From the NCBI RefSeq assembly GCF_009914755.1, contig NC_060927.1: 64,000 nt of DNA; one strand, written 5' to 3'. Positions 15,010-30,556 of the stretch are shown piece after piece. The notes beneath the pieces were generated by a model that saw only the letters and a program-made list of their open reading frames with translations, ran no database searches and had not been told where the DNA came from. Position numbers and translations under genes: made by a program. This DNA is from the human T2T-CHM13v2.0 reference genome, Homo sapiens. Positions within the stretch are counted from its first letter, which is position 1; every line of letters starts with the position of its first letter.

Positions 15010-15310
15010 GGCTGGGCACTGTGGCTCACACCTGTAATCCCAGCACTTTGGGAGGCTGAGGTGGGCAGATCACCTGAGGTCGGGAGTTCGAGACCAGCCT
15101 GACCAACATGGTGAAACCCTGTCTCTGCTAAAAATACAAAAATTAGCCAGGCATGATGGTGCACACCTATAATCCCAGTACTCAGGAGGCTGAGGCAGAA
15201 GAATTGCTTGAACCTGAGAGGCAGAGGTTGGAGTGAGCCAACAGTATGCCACTTCACCCCAGCCTGGGCAATACAGTGAGACTCTATCTCAAAAAAAATT
15301 AAATAAAATA
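15010..15310 (+). mobile_element. AluS
   Basis: Full dimer; long TSD aaataattataaagaatatt on both sides. Confidence 0.95.
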
Positions 15311-15609
15311 AAATAATTATAAAGAATATTACACATAAGTTTTCAATAACAAATTTAAAAACTTAGAGAAAATGGATAATTTTCTGGAAACAAATTTCCA
15401 AAATTGGTCCTAGAAAAAGTATAAAATTTGAAAAGACCAATTCCTACCAATTACCATGATAGGAAATGTGGTAAAATATCTACTACTGAAGAACATACTA
15501 GTATCAGATGGGTTAATGGCTGAGTTTTTGTGTTTTTCTTTTTGATCTTTAAAGAAAATCAGCCCATTGAAAAAGAGAGAATGTTTCCAATTCATTTAAT
15601 AAAGCTGAC

Positions 15610-16010
15610 TGTATTAGTGAGGTCCTGCTGCAAGAATGCTACATAACAATCTTAAACAAACAAACAAACATACAAAATCTCAGTGGCTTTTCACACAGGC
15701 TACGGGTCTGTCCATCATCCAAAGCTTGGCTGGGCTTGGTTAGACTTGGCTTCAGGCTACAGGTTGGGGTTACTTCTGGTCCACATGCTGTCTCCAGAGA
15801 AATGGTCTTCTCAAGGAGAAGGATAACACTGTAAGAAGTCAAGCCAAACCAAGGCTGAATGTGACATCTGTTGTGTTTGCTCACATTACACTGGCCAAAG
15901 CAACTCACAAACTATCAGTGGACTGGGGGTGTATACTCCATCCTTAATGAAGCCACAGCAAAGGTGGGAGTTGGAGGCCAGGGGAATGAAAGAACTGTAA
16001 CTGTACAATA
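15610..16010. mobile_element. MLT1-type MaLR LTR
   Basis: tgtattagt...cataaca...aaaatctcagtggctt...ctggccaaagcaactcaca. Confidence 0.6.
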
Positions 16011-17075
16011 ATCCTATTTAGTAGCCTGTCTAACCAGAAGACCAAACTTTACTTTTTAATGTAATTGCAAAAACTCTAAATAAATATGTTATCAAATAAT
16101 AGAAATGTTCTCTATCTTGACCTGAGTAGTGGTTACATAATTGTTTCCTCACTTATGATTTGTGCTTTTTCTGTAAGTATGATATTCAACAAAAAGTCTA
16201 AAAAGTACACTAGAAAATTAAATCTAAGCCCAGACAACTGACAGGTGACCCACAGACCTGTGAGTAAGAACTAAATGGTTTGTTGTTGAAAGTCACTGAA
16301 TTTTTTTAACAGCAGCTTGCTAAAAGGTAAGCTTCATGAGGTCAGAAATTTTATATTTTTTTCACTGTTGTGGATATAAACAATGCCTACAATATAGTAA
16401 GCAGTCCACAAATATTTGTCACTAGCAAAGAAAGTAGCAAATAAATACCAGCAAAATATTTAAAAAAGTATTTTGACCAAACAGATTTTTTTCTAAGCAA
16501 AAATGTCAGGAACTCCATTCAACATAATTTATTACATTAGCAAGTTAAAGGCGAAAGATCATATGATCATATTAACGGATACTGCAAAGACTTGGTAAAA
16601 TTCAATAGCCATCCTAAAAAAATCATACTAAAATAGAAGTAGAAAGAAAACTAAATATTTAAAAAGACTATTTGTCAAAATCCAATGGGAAATGTTATTA
16701 AATAGGGAAACACTGAAATAATTTCAATTAAAGTTAGGAACTTGACAGGGATGTCTGCTCTCACCACTACTGTCCAACATCAATTTGGAGGTTCTAACAG
16801 ATGCAATAATAGGAAAATATTAAATGATTGTTATAAACAAAATTAAAACTATATATCTTTTTCTGGTTATGTTACAGTTCACGCGGAAAATCCAAAAGAT
16901 TTTAAAGAAAAAAATCTGCTGGAATTAGTAAGATAATTTAGAAGATGGCTTGACAGATAATATATCTGTCAAAATCGTTTTCCCTTATTTCCACAAAAAG
17001 CATCTAGATATAGAAGCAGAAAATGTTTTTCATTACAAGGGTGGCAAATGTTACATGGTGCCTAGAATAAATTTA

Positions 17076-17445
<370 letters not shown>

Positions 17446-18070
17446 TTATTGAAAAATATAACATATTCTTGTTTGGGATGGCAATATCGTAAACTATTAA
17501 TTCTCCATCATTAAAATATAAATTTAATGGTTAATTTTTCATAGGAATATTTGAATGGGATAAATGCTTTTAATGATTATAAAGATTAAACTGTATATAA
17601 ATAGGTGAGGTATCTTTAGCAGGTAACAAAATGTAATACAAAGTCAGTGTAGTCAAATTACTATGGTATTGGCATAGGAATAGACACAGAAAAGTGGACC
17701 AGATTAGGCAGGCAGTCTATGAATAGATTCCAGATTATACGAGAATTTATTATGAATATATTTATTATTTATTCAGTGGGATATGAAATAGGTTATTGGC
17801 ACTACAGGCTATCTATCTGGAAAAAATAAAAGTTGTACAGTACTTCTTCTATCGTATCAAAAAAATAAATTTAGATTGATCATACAAAGCAAAGAAATTC
17901 CTGCAAGAAAATCTAGATCACTCTTCATACAATTTAGGATAGTCCTTCTTAACCAGCACTAGCTAGAAAAGATAGACATATTTGACTGTACATAGAATGT
18001 AAAGCTTTTGCATGGCTAAAGTACTTCGAATAACAGATTATTCCAATATATTCTTAAAAAAATTTAACAT

Positions 18071-18694
<624 letters not shown>

Positions 18695-21600
18695 TCATAT
18701 CTACAATATACTAAGCGCTTTTACAAATTGATAAGTAAAAGATGACCCAAAAGAAAAAAAATGGGCAAAGGATATGAAGAGGAAGTTTAGAATGACCAAG
18801 AAACAAAAGAGAAAATGTTGAAAAACACCAACCATCAAGGTAACGCAAACTAAACTAAAAAATAAAATCTTACTTTTGCTCATTTGACGAGCAAAAATTA
18901 AGAAGGTATAGCATGGATTGCTGGAGGAGGTTGAGGAAAGAGGCACTATCCTACGGACCTGGTGGAAATGTGACTTGCTATAGGTTTTTGGGAATATAAT
19001 CTATGAACATCTATTAAAATAAAAATACAGTTCCCCTTTGACCAGAAATCCCATTCCTGAGGATCTATCACTTAGAAATTGAACAATGAATGTGTCAAGG
19101 CATACATGTGAGAATGTTTCTAGCAGCATTGTTTATGAAGGGCAAGAATCAGAATCAGTGTGAATGCATGATACATAGGAAGGATGGTTGAAGTAATTGT
19201 GATACATCTACACCATAGTATATACACGGTACATATGGCTTCTAAAGATGAATAAGAGCCATAGCAGTGGACTTGGAAGATTTCTGAGAGTTTTTTTTGA
19301 ATGAATAAAGCAAAATGCAGGATAGTGTGTACAACATGATTTCATTTTTTTGTGAGAGCAAAGAGTGCCGAAGTTTATATGTATAAATTTGTTTAAGCCA
19401 AAGAAAACCACCGTAATTTTTTATATAAAGAAAAGAAACCCCTCCAATTCTCTGCTAATAGTCAGAGGTGTTTATCTGTACTCAGTTTATTTCTGCTGTT
19501 TAAGTGAGAGTTCATTTGCAGAGCACATGCCCAATTTGATCACCTTTAATACAACATTTGCAGGTACCATATGTTTCTTTGGTTTGACTCTTCCAATATC
19601 TGGGAAGGTTAATCCAGAGATGTTTACTTAAAACACACTTTCCACCCCAATTTTTGCTCTTCTCTCCCAGTGAAAAAATGAACACACTTTTTAATGAAAA
19701 AATAAAAACTAAAAAGGAAACTATATTTTCACTGTAAGTAGAAAACCAGTAGTACCAAAAATAAATAAAAGGTAGAAGAAAAAAATTAAAATAATAAAAT
19801 CAAAATGATGTTATTCAATCCCAACTCCTACTGCCAGCAGAGGCTAGGACCTAAGACCTGCTCTATCTGTCACAAAAGGAGATTAGAAAGCATTAGAAAC
19901 ATATGAGAGGCCCACCAGCACCAAATTGAGACTTTCTCCCCTATAGTATCAAAGGACGGAAAGAGAGTTGCAAAGGAAGTAATTCTTTCAGTGTCTACTT
20001 CACTGTCATTTGATGCCCTGCTCATATGCCACCTGAAATCCCTGGTGGCATAGCTTTAGCACCCAGGAAAATGCTGAGAAATCAAATGTTGATTTTGTCT
20101 AATTCTTATTTCTTCAATTAATAAACCAACCCCAGAAGGGTGTGGTTCTTCCTGCAAAGGCAAACATCTGGATGATGGTGTGTTCTTTCTGCCACATCAG
20201 GCTGGTTCTTCCTGAAAAGGCTGAATTCTTTGTAGACATTTTAAAGAAGAAGCAAAATCAGGAGATGACATAGATGAGAACAGAACATTTGGTTCTATTC
20301 TTGGCTGGTCATGAAAAATAACTCCTTATTCCTCTCCTTTCACTCACTTAGAAAAATACTCTTATTTATATGAAAGTTAAAATAGATGTTCAGGTGGTAG
20401 CATGGAATATATAAATGTCCTTCGAGGAGAAAAATGTCCATCAAGAAACCATTTAAAGTGCTTTGTCTTGTTTCTCAAGGCAGGGAAGGAATGTAAGAAT
20501 AGAACTCACGGAAGCAAGTGTTCCAAATAGAAGAGTGATGGCAGGGTAATTATAATGGGGTGGGTAATTATGGTTTTCCAGGAAGTGCCAAAATTACAGG
20601 GCAAAGTGTCATTTTCATGTTAGATCCTCCTGAGAAAAATAATACAGGCATTTGTCATCTGGGCACACCTGGGTGCCTTGTCCAGGGTGAAGACAGATTT
20701 GTTTCAGGGTCTTGTGGCTGCCCTTCTCCCTCCTTCAGCACCCTGTCACCTGACCTAAGAAGTGGCCATCCATGACTTGCCCTGCCTCCCTGACTCTATA
20801 GTGAGGTGACACTATTCACCAGTCCCTTGTCTGCCTTCTCTCTGGCTCCAAGATGAAATGGTGGGAAAGTCAACACCGATGAGGTCATGGAGAGCAGGCA
20901 GCCTGAAAGAGCAGATTCTCCTTCCCCTCCCCTCTGCACAAAGGCAACCTTTCATTCCCTTGGAAAAACCCACCGTGGCCCTCTCGTGAAGAAACTGCCA
21001 TCCCCAGGACTCCTGTTTACTTAGCTCTCACCTGGGAGGCCAGAGCTGGCTGACACAGATGCCACACTTTTAAAGCCATATTGACCTCAAGTTGGCAGAG
21101 TGGAAAAGTAAGAGTTTGTGTGAGGGGCCGCCACGGGGAAGGCCCATGGAATTTTCCTGCATCCATTTTGACTGCAACTGTAGCAGCTGCTTCACACGCA
21201 GTTGTTTTGATGTGAGGACCTTTCGACTCAGCCTAAAATCCAACCATTAAACTTTAGGCTTAAAAAAAAAGACCAAGTACGTAGACATTCTTTCCTGAGC
21301 CTCACCCCTAAGTAGGTTGAGAGTCAGGACTGGAGTAAAGGTTATGAGAGTCTGTTTTGTATGTTGACTGATTATTTTAAGAAACAGTGTTTTATGCTTT
21401 GACATAACCTGTCAAAATGTCAAGAAGGTAGCATCTGAGTGGGCACAGCCAAACATCCAGCTTCTCATCCAGCCTACACCTGCCCTCTCACACACCACCC
21501 CCTCTCTCATATTGCCTGCTGCATCGACACAGTGTAAACTCCTTAGAGGCATGCAATGCTTCCTCTGAATCTCCAGCAGGTATATAGCTGCTCAGTGAGT

Positions 21601-21780
21601 ACTCATTTGACTGATAAAATAAAATATACTGATGTTGTTAGGACTTTCCCCATCTCTGAAAAGCAAAGCAAAGAAACAAAGAAAGATCCCTAGACCAGTG
21701 GTTTCTCCAAACTCTTTGACCACAACTTATAATTAAAAAAAACAAAACAACCATTTAATTTTGCAACCCAGGAAGTAGAG

Positions 21781-21850
21781 CCTCTCTCTCTCTCCCTCAA
21801 TCTCTCTCTCTCTCTCTCTCTCAGACACACACACACACACACACACACAC
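21781..21850. repeat. (CT)n(CA)n compound microsatellite
   Basis: Direct inspection. Confidence 0.9.
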
Positions 21851-22544
21851 CATTGATATAAAAGTTTAATGGAGAACAAAGAGAAGGTATGGTTATCAGA
21901 ACCTAGATGAAGCTGGTTCTAGGAATTTGTAAAGAAATTGGGGGCTGGAACCCAATGCTGCTGCACAGGGCAAGGCCCATTTCTAAGACAGAAAGCAAAA
22001 AGGAAGGAACAAGTTCTACCTTTATCTAGCACCTCCTGTTAGTGAAGCCCAACAGAGACCAAGTTAGCTAAAGGAAGATGCAGTGTGTGGAGTCCTACTC
22101 CCAGCATCAAAAAGAGCATAAGGAGATGAATGTGCAGCAGAGAGATAATGACATAATGACCAACAGAGTCTACCTCTTTAGCTACTGAACACCGATATAC
22201 ACACCCTTTTGTTAATACTTCAACTTCCATATAACAATTACAACTGTATGCTTCCATATAATAAGATCCAACTCTCTGTTCTTCATAAGAACAAAGATGC
22301 TCTCAACCTCTATCAAAATCAGGATACAAAACATCCCCCCGTTATTGTAACCATCTCTGGGTAGTAGTCATAGAACCTACCTCTGGGTGATGTTAATTAT
22401 TTCTCTAATTCTGTCATAGTCCTACCCAATTACTTCATAACCTAAGACCAAATTTTACAGGTAACTACCAATGGCAATCCTCACATAAAATAAAAATGGG
22501 AGGAAGAATGGAGGAATACACACACGCACACACACACAAGCATA

Positions 22545-23415
22545 GCTGCTACAGTCTCAGATGGCTGGGGTTCTTGACCTGATGGGCTGACCCAAACCTT
22601 TGTGCCTAGGTGGTCTGAGTCCTCAGTGGCCCTGATGTGTTTTTGGTTGTTGAAATTTTTCATTAACTTTTACCGTCTTATGCTTCCATATAATAAGATG
22701 CAATTATCCTTCAGAAAAACAAAGATGCACTCAACCTCCATCAAAATCAGGATACAAAACATCCTACCTTTCTGGTATCCATCTCTGGGCAGTAGTCATA
22801 GGACATGGACATAGATATACCAAGAAGCACCCTAGGACATCCTCTGAGTTCCAGGCATAGTGCCCCTTACCATAGTGCTACCATGTGTAGCAATAACCCA
22901 GTTTCCCCTTGGTAATCAGGATCAGTCATCCTAGCCTGTAAAGTAACCCCTTTTTCTGCCTGCTGGCTCAGTAGCACAAGGATCCCCAAATGGCCACATG
23001 GCAGTCCCATCTTCCATTCTAATGGAATCAGTGTTTGTGTCTCCTGGTAGAGTGCCCTCCCTTTGGGGACTAAGACCTCCAAACCAGCAGGGCTCTAAGT
23101 TGGGATGGGAAGCAACATTGCTGATGGATTATTGGCTGTAATAGTGAGAGGAGTCACTCATACTTCTGCCCTTGATTCCCAGACTTCAGTATCTTGGCTA
23201 TGGGGAAAGCAGCATCATATACTCGTTGTTGAGTCAAAGCCTATGCTGGGTGTTTTCTCCCAACTGGAGCTGTGACTGGGTTTTCAGCAGGCCCTTCCAC
23301 TATCCTATCTGGCCTGCTGCTTCTGGGTGATGGGGCATGTGGTAAGACCAGTGAATCCCAAGGGCACAAAGCCTTTGCTATACTTCTTTTGTTGTCAAGT
23401 AAGTTCTTTCTATAG
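22545..23415 (-). mobile_element. ERV-L internal relic: integrase C-terminal part and dUTPase
   Basis: Minus-strand translations GIHWSYHMPHHPEAAGQIG*WKG (ERV-L integrase) and EVLVPKG...IPLEWKMGLPCGHLGILVLLSQQAEKGVT...DPDYQGETGLLLH (ERV-L dUTPase), in the ERV-L order IN then dUT. Confidence 0.85.
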
Positions 23416-23419
23416 CTAG

Positions 23420-23845
23420 TGATACAGTTTGGATATTTGTCCCCACCAAATCTCATGTTGTAATGTAATACCCAGTGTTGGAGGAGGGACCTGGTGGGAG
23501 ATGATTGGATCATGTGGGTGGATTTCTCATCAATGGGCTAGCACCATCCCCCTGGTGTTGTCCTCACAATAGAGAATGATTTCTAGCAAGATCAGGTTGT
23601 TTAAAAGTGTGTGGCACTCTCCCCCTCTCCTTCTCTTGCTCCTGCTCTCTCCATGTGAGACACCTGCTCCCCTTTCCCCTTCTGCCATTACTGGAAGCTT
23701 CCTGAGGTCCCCCTAGAAACTGAGCAGATGCCAGCACCATGCTTCCTGTAAAGCCTGCAGAACCATAGGCCAAGTAAACCTCTTTCTGTATAAATTACCT
23801 AGCCTGAGATGTTTATTTATAGCAACATAAGAATGGCCTAATACA
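23420..23845 (+). mobile_element. MST-type MaLR solo LTR
   Basis: tgatacagtttggatatttgtccccaccaaatctcatg...aatggcctaataca. Confidence 0.88.
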
Positions 23846-26600
23846 CCTGGGTTCTTAAGAAGATGAATAGAAAAGCTGGAGGGTGGGGTGGAAATCATGA
23901 GGTTGTGTCCCACTTCCTGCAAGAAAAAGCCTATGTCCCTTGATCCTACATTCAAGGCCCTTTCTCTCCCAGAAAAGCCATCCTTTCTAGCCCTGGCCAC
24001 TTTCCCTGTACTAATTAATCTCACTTCTGCCTGTGGACACCTCTGCTCTCAGGACTACTGTCTCCTGGGCCTCACTGCCACTACCTCTGCCTCTGTGTGA
24101 AGCCCCTTCCCAGGTGTGTCTGGGCCCCTCTCCTCTCAGCCTGCACCCAGGAAGCTGTTTCCTCTCCCCAGACAGTGGACGTCTCCCTGGCAAGCCTCTG
24201 CAGCCCTGAACTGTCCTGACCTTCAGGGTCCAGTTCTTGGAAGGCTCAGGACTGCCATTTGAATTGGGATTATCCCTGGGAGCCCAAACATCTGGTCATC
24301 TCCAGAAGGCCACTCACTCTGGGGCAAGGATGGAGCTAGCAGTATGTCAACTGTGATGTGGGGTGTCACATCTGGCTCTGTCCCATCTGCCTGGCTGGGG
24401 TTTGCCCCTACGGAGGGTGTTTTGTGTTGCCTGATGGAAGAGGGATGTCCACCAACCAGGCTCAGAGCAGCATCAGGCCCCCCCTGATGTGGGTGTCAGA
24501 TTACAGCCACAACAGATGGCATTGGCTCAGCTCCCAGGGATCCCCAGTCCACAATGCAAGTCACCTAATCCCTAGTCTGCCATGCAAAGCAAAGGTGGAG
24601 CAGAGGGCAAGGGTGGGCAGTGAAGGGCACTATTCAAGGGTGCACCCATCAGGTGTGGGCGAGAGGTGTGTTCCCCAAGGAAGCTGCCTCATGCTAAGCA
24701 CTCTCATGGGGACAGCATCTTCACACTATGCAGGGAGCTGCTGACAGGGCCCTAGACACCAGAGACCCTGCTAAGGATACTGATCCAAGGGAAAAGGCGT
24801 CAGTCAGGTTCATTGGCAGAAACATAAGCCATATGGAAGAAAAATGGGCTTGAAAGAAAAATGTAGAGCCAGTTCACTTCTGAAATGGAGAGCAAGGACT
24901 ATCCAGCATGGGGAAAAAAGCAAGGGAATACACTCAGTTCTGTCTTCTGTCCAGTGCAGTAGAGTGATAAAGAGAGAATGACAGGAAAGGGAAGAGGAGG
25001 CAAGAGCTACCTGCAGGGACATGGGGATGGCTTGAGGGAGGCCACCCAGAATGCTTCTGGCCTGGCCCCTGCTCCCCTCTCTGTTGCGTCTTCCTTCCCC
25101 ATACAATCCCCCTTTGCCCTTGCCTCAATGTTCATCTTTGTCCCCACTGTGGTCAGGCCTCTCTGCCTCTGGTTTAGCCCACCCCAGTTCCACTATGCCC
25201 CTGTGTGACAAAGGTCCATATGAACTAGCTGGACTTTGGGCACTATATACAGACGTAGGGGAAAGATGGAATTCAGTGCACAAGTCCTCTGGCTCAGGTC
25301 CATGATCACAAAGAAGATCATGTTTTAGCATCTCAGAGTTGCAAGGGATTTCAGCCTTCATCTAGTTGAAGCCTTCATCTTACAGATGAGAAGGCTGGAG
25401 CTCAAGGGCTCAGGGACTGCCCCAGATCCTCAGGTCCTGCTGGCACACTCTTCCTCACCACTGCAGAGCATTGGGATCTGTCTAGGGGCAGCTGTAACAG
25501 TGGGTATCATCTGCCCTTGCTTCTCAGCATGTCCTTGAACTGCTCTCTCTCTTTGTGGGGAAAGATGGCAGAGAGTCCTGGGTTCAAATCTGATCTCTGA
25601 CAGTTACTTGCTGAGTGACCTTGAGCAAGACACTTGCCCTCTCGGAGCCCAAACCTCCTCACTCTAAAAAAGAGAACTTACCTTTACAATAGTGTGGTAA
25701 AGACCAGATGAAATAATGTTCATGGATAAGGCAGATGACATGGAGGGAAGAAGTGGAAGAAGATCCCTCTCAAAAAAGTTATCATGATGATTTTATTTAT
25801 CTATTCACTGAATGACTGTTGACTAAACTCTAAACTGCTATGTGCTAGGCTCAGCAGTACATTAGACCTACAGAAATATCATTGTGAATTTACATTCCAT
25901 TGGAGCAGACAGTTAACAAGTAAATCAGTAGATGCATATATAATCTGACACTCAGAGGTGAAAAGCGTTATGGAAAATGGGACAGAGAGAGGGAGAGAGA
26001 TTGTAGGAAAGTGCCTGGTAAATTACCGGGCCCCATGTAATTGATTCCTCTTGTTGTATGTTGCCTGGCACTTAGTAGGTGCTCAAAAAATGCTAATTTC
26101 TTTCTCTTCTTGCCTATATTTCTTATTTCCATCTTCCCTACGTAACTCAATGCCCATTGCTACTCCCAGGCTTCCCACATCCCCTCTGAGGGCCTCACGG
26201 TTCTACCCGGCAATCCACCCTTCTATGCTGCATGCCTTCTCACGCTGTCTCTTGAAGATCCTGGGCCTGGCACTGAGCACTCAGGGACAGTAGGCCCTCT
26301 GCCATAGTAAGAAGTGTAGTAATGGCAGGAGGGACGGCAAGGAAGCAAATGCACACCGGGCAGTGCTGAGACATTCCTTTCGGTGTGAGGGCAGGTGCTT
26401 CCTTCCTGGGGCCTTGCCCATTCCCTGCCCTCTGGGGAGAGACACAGCTTTCAGTTAAGAAAATGGAAAGATTTTCTGAAAACACCACACCAGCGATCAA
26501 GGATCAATCCTCTCTTCCAAAGTTATTTGCAATAATGAAATATAACATCATTAATTTGTTTTACCCACCAGAGAGTATAAAAAAATTTCCCAAATATAAA

Positions 26601-26633
<33 letters not shown>

Positions 26634-26663
26634 GTATTTTAAAGACAAGGAAAGAAAATTTAA

Positions 26664-27030
<367 letters not shown>

Positions 27031-27079
27031 TAGCTCTCGGTGTGAGTTGCTTGTCTAGTCTGTTAAGAGTTCAGGTTAA

Positions 27080-27376
27080 AGCCAGGTGCAGTGGCTCACA
27101 CCTATAATCCCCGCACTTTGGGAGGACGAGGTGGAAGGATCTTTGAGCCCAGGAGTTTGAGACCAGCCTGGGCTACATAGTGAGGCCCCATCTCTACAAA
27201 AAATAATAAAAAATTTAGCCAGGCATGGTGGCACGTGCCTGTAGTCCCCGTTGCTCAGGAGGAGGTGGGAGGATCGTTTGAGCCTGGGAGGTCAAGGCTA
27301 CAGTGAGCCATGATAGTGCCACTGCACTCCAGCCTGGGTGACAGAGTGAACCACTGTCCCAAAAACAAACAAACAA
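27080..27376 (+). mobile_element. AluJ
   Basis: Full dimer with J-type features (tttgagcccaggagtttgagacc; ggtcaaggctacagtgagccatgat). Confidence 0.92.
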
Positions 27377-29238
27377 TAGTTCAAGTTAAGGAATGTCCTT
27401 GATTAGCTCCTGCTTGGGGTTTCAGAGGAATAGCTTACTTTGTCTGAGAAGAGCCTAAAGCAGCCTTCCTTCTATGGCAAAGCCTCCCTTTTACCTTTTT
27501 CTTCTTTTGGGGGCCCCCTCTAAGCTCTCTCTGAGGCAGGCCCTTAAAACTCATCTCTCAGCAAGGCTGGGTGCTGGCACTGGAGACTACATAGAGGTGA
27601 TAAGACAGAGACTCCTAACTCAGTAAGCTCACAGGGAGACCTCCCACCTTGGAAAGACAAGGCCTTCTTTCAGGTTCAGCTCACACTTTCACTGCCAGTG
27701 TGACCTAGGCCTCAGTTTACCCATTTGTTAAATGAGGAGGCTGGCCTACATTAGCCTTCCTCCGGGTGTCAGTCATGTACAGTAGTCCCATATGATGCTC
27801 CAGGGACCATACTTTGGCCAGTAGGTTCGCAAGTCACTGACGCCTGTGGGAGCATCCTGGGAAGCCCACAGGCTGCATTGCACCCAGGTCAAAGCTGGGG
27901 CTGCTCACTCTAGCTGGAACACAGAGCCCTTTACTGCTGAGTGCCTGCAGGCAGCCTTCTGGGAAAAGCCAGCTGTGGATTTCTAAAGGACTTTCCCAGG
28001 CAAAGATGCCTGGGATAAGAGAAAAACAGGATGGTGAAAGCACCATCCCAGGGATGTGAGGGATGGAGCAGCCTCTCTGACCCGAGACCTGTGGTTGCAT
28101 CCCTGCCTACACTGAGCTGCTCCAGCTGCATCAGGCCTGACTTTGCAGGCTGGTGGTTAAGTGGGTAGACGGGTCTGGACGCACAGCCACTTCTGGTCAT
28201 CCACAGCGATGAGCAAGCGGGAGTTTCACTGCGGCTGCCTCTGACACCGTGCTTCATCCCAACCTTTCTCACAGCCTCCCTCAGTGTTTCCAAGATTCCC
28301 TGGGGTGAGTGAGACTCATGGTGAAGCTCAGACTCTACCATGGAGGGCAGGCCTGCCTCACCTGGGGGCCTCCCTGAAGGGGTCACAAGGAGGTCTGAGG
28401 GCAAATACATCTCCTTGGCTGGCTCCTAGAAATGAAAGAGGGGCAGGATGATCAGAGGAGTAGAATTTGACTTCCTGGTCCCTCCCTGTCCTCCCTCAAG
28501 AAAGAGGTGACAAATGAAGCATTCTTGGGGAAGGAGAGAAAGTCCACAGTGACTGAGGTCTGAGGGCAGGGCTGAGACAGTGGTGGTGGAGATGGCGACC
28601 TCAGCCCTCCACACGTGCAGTGTCAGGGCCTCGGAGCCCAGCTGGCAGGCCACAGGAGACAGCGGGAGGTCTGGCTGGAGTGGAGACTGAGTCATCTGGG
28701 ACTGCAGGGTCCAACGGAGTCACGCCTGTGAGTGATGAGCACCTTGACTGAGGCCAACGTCACAGACGTGTCTGGGAAGTGAGTCAGGGACCCGCAGAGT
28801 AGGAGTCTCAACATTCCTGGGAACAGCTTCCTCTGACTGTCCTGCCGTGATATGTTTTCTCCCCTAAGTGGCCTCAAAGGGTTGCTGGCTTTGCCATTGA
28901 CATTTCTACAGCAAAATGAGCTAGTGAGCACTGGAGTTCAAAGGACATGGTGCAACTTTCAAACCAAATTCTCGTGGGATTTCAGAGGCTGATTACCCTC
29001 CCCTCCCTCCCTCCCTCCCTCCTTTCTAGCATGTCGATATTCATCTGTCAAATATTTATCGAGCAGCCACTCCGTGCCAGGTACTGTGGACTGGAGTCAT
29101 GGTGATGGATAAGACACATGCCTGTGCCTTCCTTCCAGTCCCTGTCTTCACACACCCTGTAGTCTGGGGCAGGGGGACACTAAACAATCACACAAATAAT
29201 TGCCTGCAATTTGCTGTGAATGATGAATGCATAGTTCA

Positions 29239-29626
<388 letters not shown>

Positions 29627-30334
29627 AGTCCATGTAAGAGGAGATTGAGAGGGTAGAAAGTTCACCAGGGAGGAGTATTTCAAGTAGAAGAAACAGAAGA
29701 AGCTGAGAGCTTTGGGACATTGACAGACAGCGTGGTTGGTGTGGTCCAGGAGAGGTGAGTAAAGCAAGAGGCAGGATTCAGATCAGGCAGGGCCTGGGAA
29801 GCCACTGTGAGGATTCAGAGCTTTCCCCTGAGAACAATTCTTAGGAAAGGGAGGGTGGAGAACTGGGTCCCCCGAGCCCCAGCAGGGAAGTTATGAGTTT
29901 CTGCTTGTGGAGCATTTGGGCTCTGATCCCCCAACTATCAGCCACAGCCCACACGGTGAAAGCTGGTGAGGCAGGGGAGGCTCAGGACCAGGAAGTCCCA
30001 CGGTGGACCTGGATGGGAAGACACCAGAAGCCAGCGGTGGTGACAGTGGGCAGGTGCTTCAGTTTCCCTTACTGTACAGTGGGTAGAATCAGCCTTGGAT
30101 CAGTGTGTTGAGAGTTTGTGAGGATGGACAAAGTAGCAGCTGGAGGAAAGCCTTGTGCTCTTTTAATGGCTAGCATGGCTCAGAAGGAGACTGCTGACTG
30201 CCTCCCTCCAAGCCAGCAAACCCTGGGATTACAGAAACACAGCAGCCCCTCCAGCATGAGGTGGCAACTTACCGAAGGAAACAGAAATATCCCAAGGAAT
30301 TCAGCAAATAGCCTGCAGATAATTTTATGCAGTA

Positions 30335-30556
30335 GAAGGAGCTTGGGCTTTGGAGCCAGAAAGACTTGAATTTGTTCCCTGGATCTGTCACTAGCTGTGT
30401 GACCTCGGAAAAATCACTCTCTGAGCCTCATTTCCTCATCAATAACAAGAGGACAATTGCAACAATCTGTGCTTATTCAGTTGTTTTAAGGGTTAGAGAT
30501 GGCATTTGTAAAATGTTCAGCACAGCGTGAGGCAATAATAGCTCCTCAATATTTGG
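30335..30556 (+). mobile_element. MIR SINE
   Basis: gggctttggagccaga...actagctgtgtgacctcgg...tctctgagcctcatttcctcatc. Confidence 0.75.
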
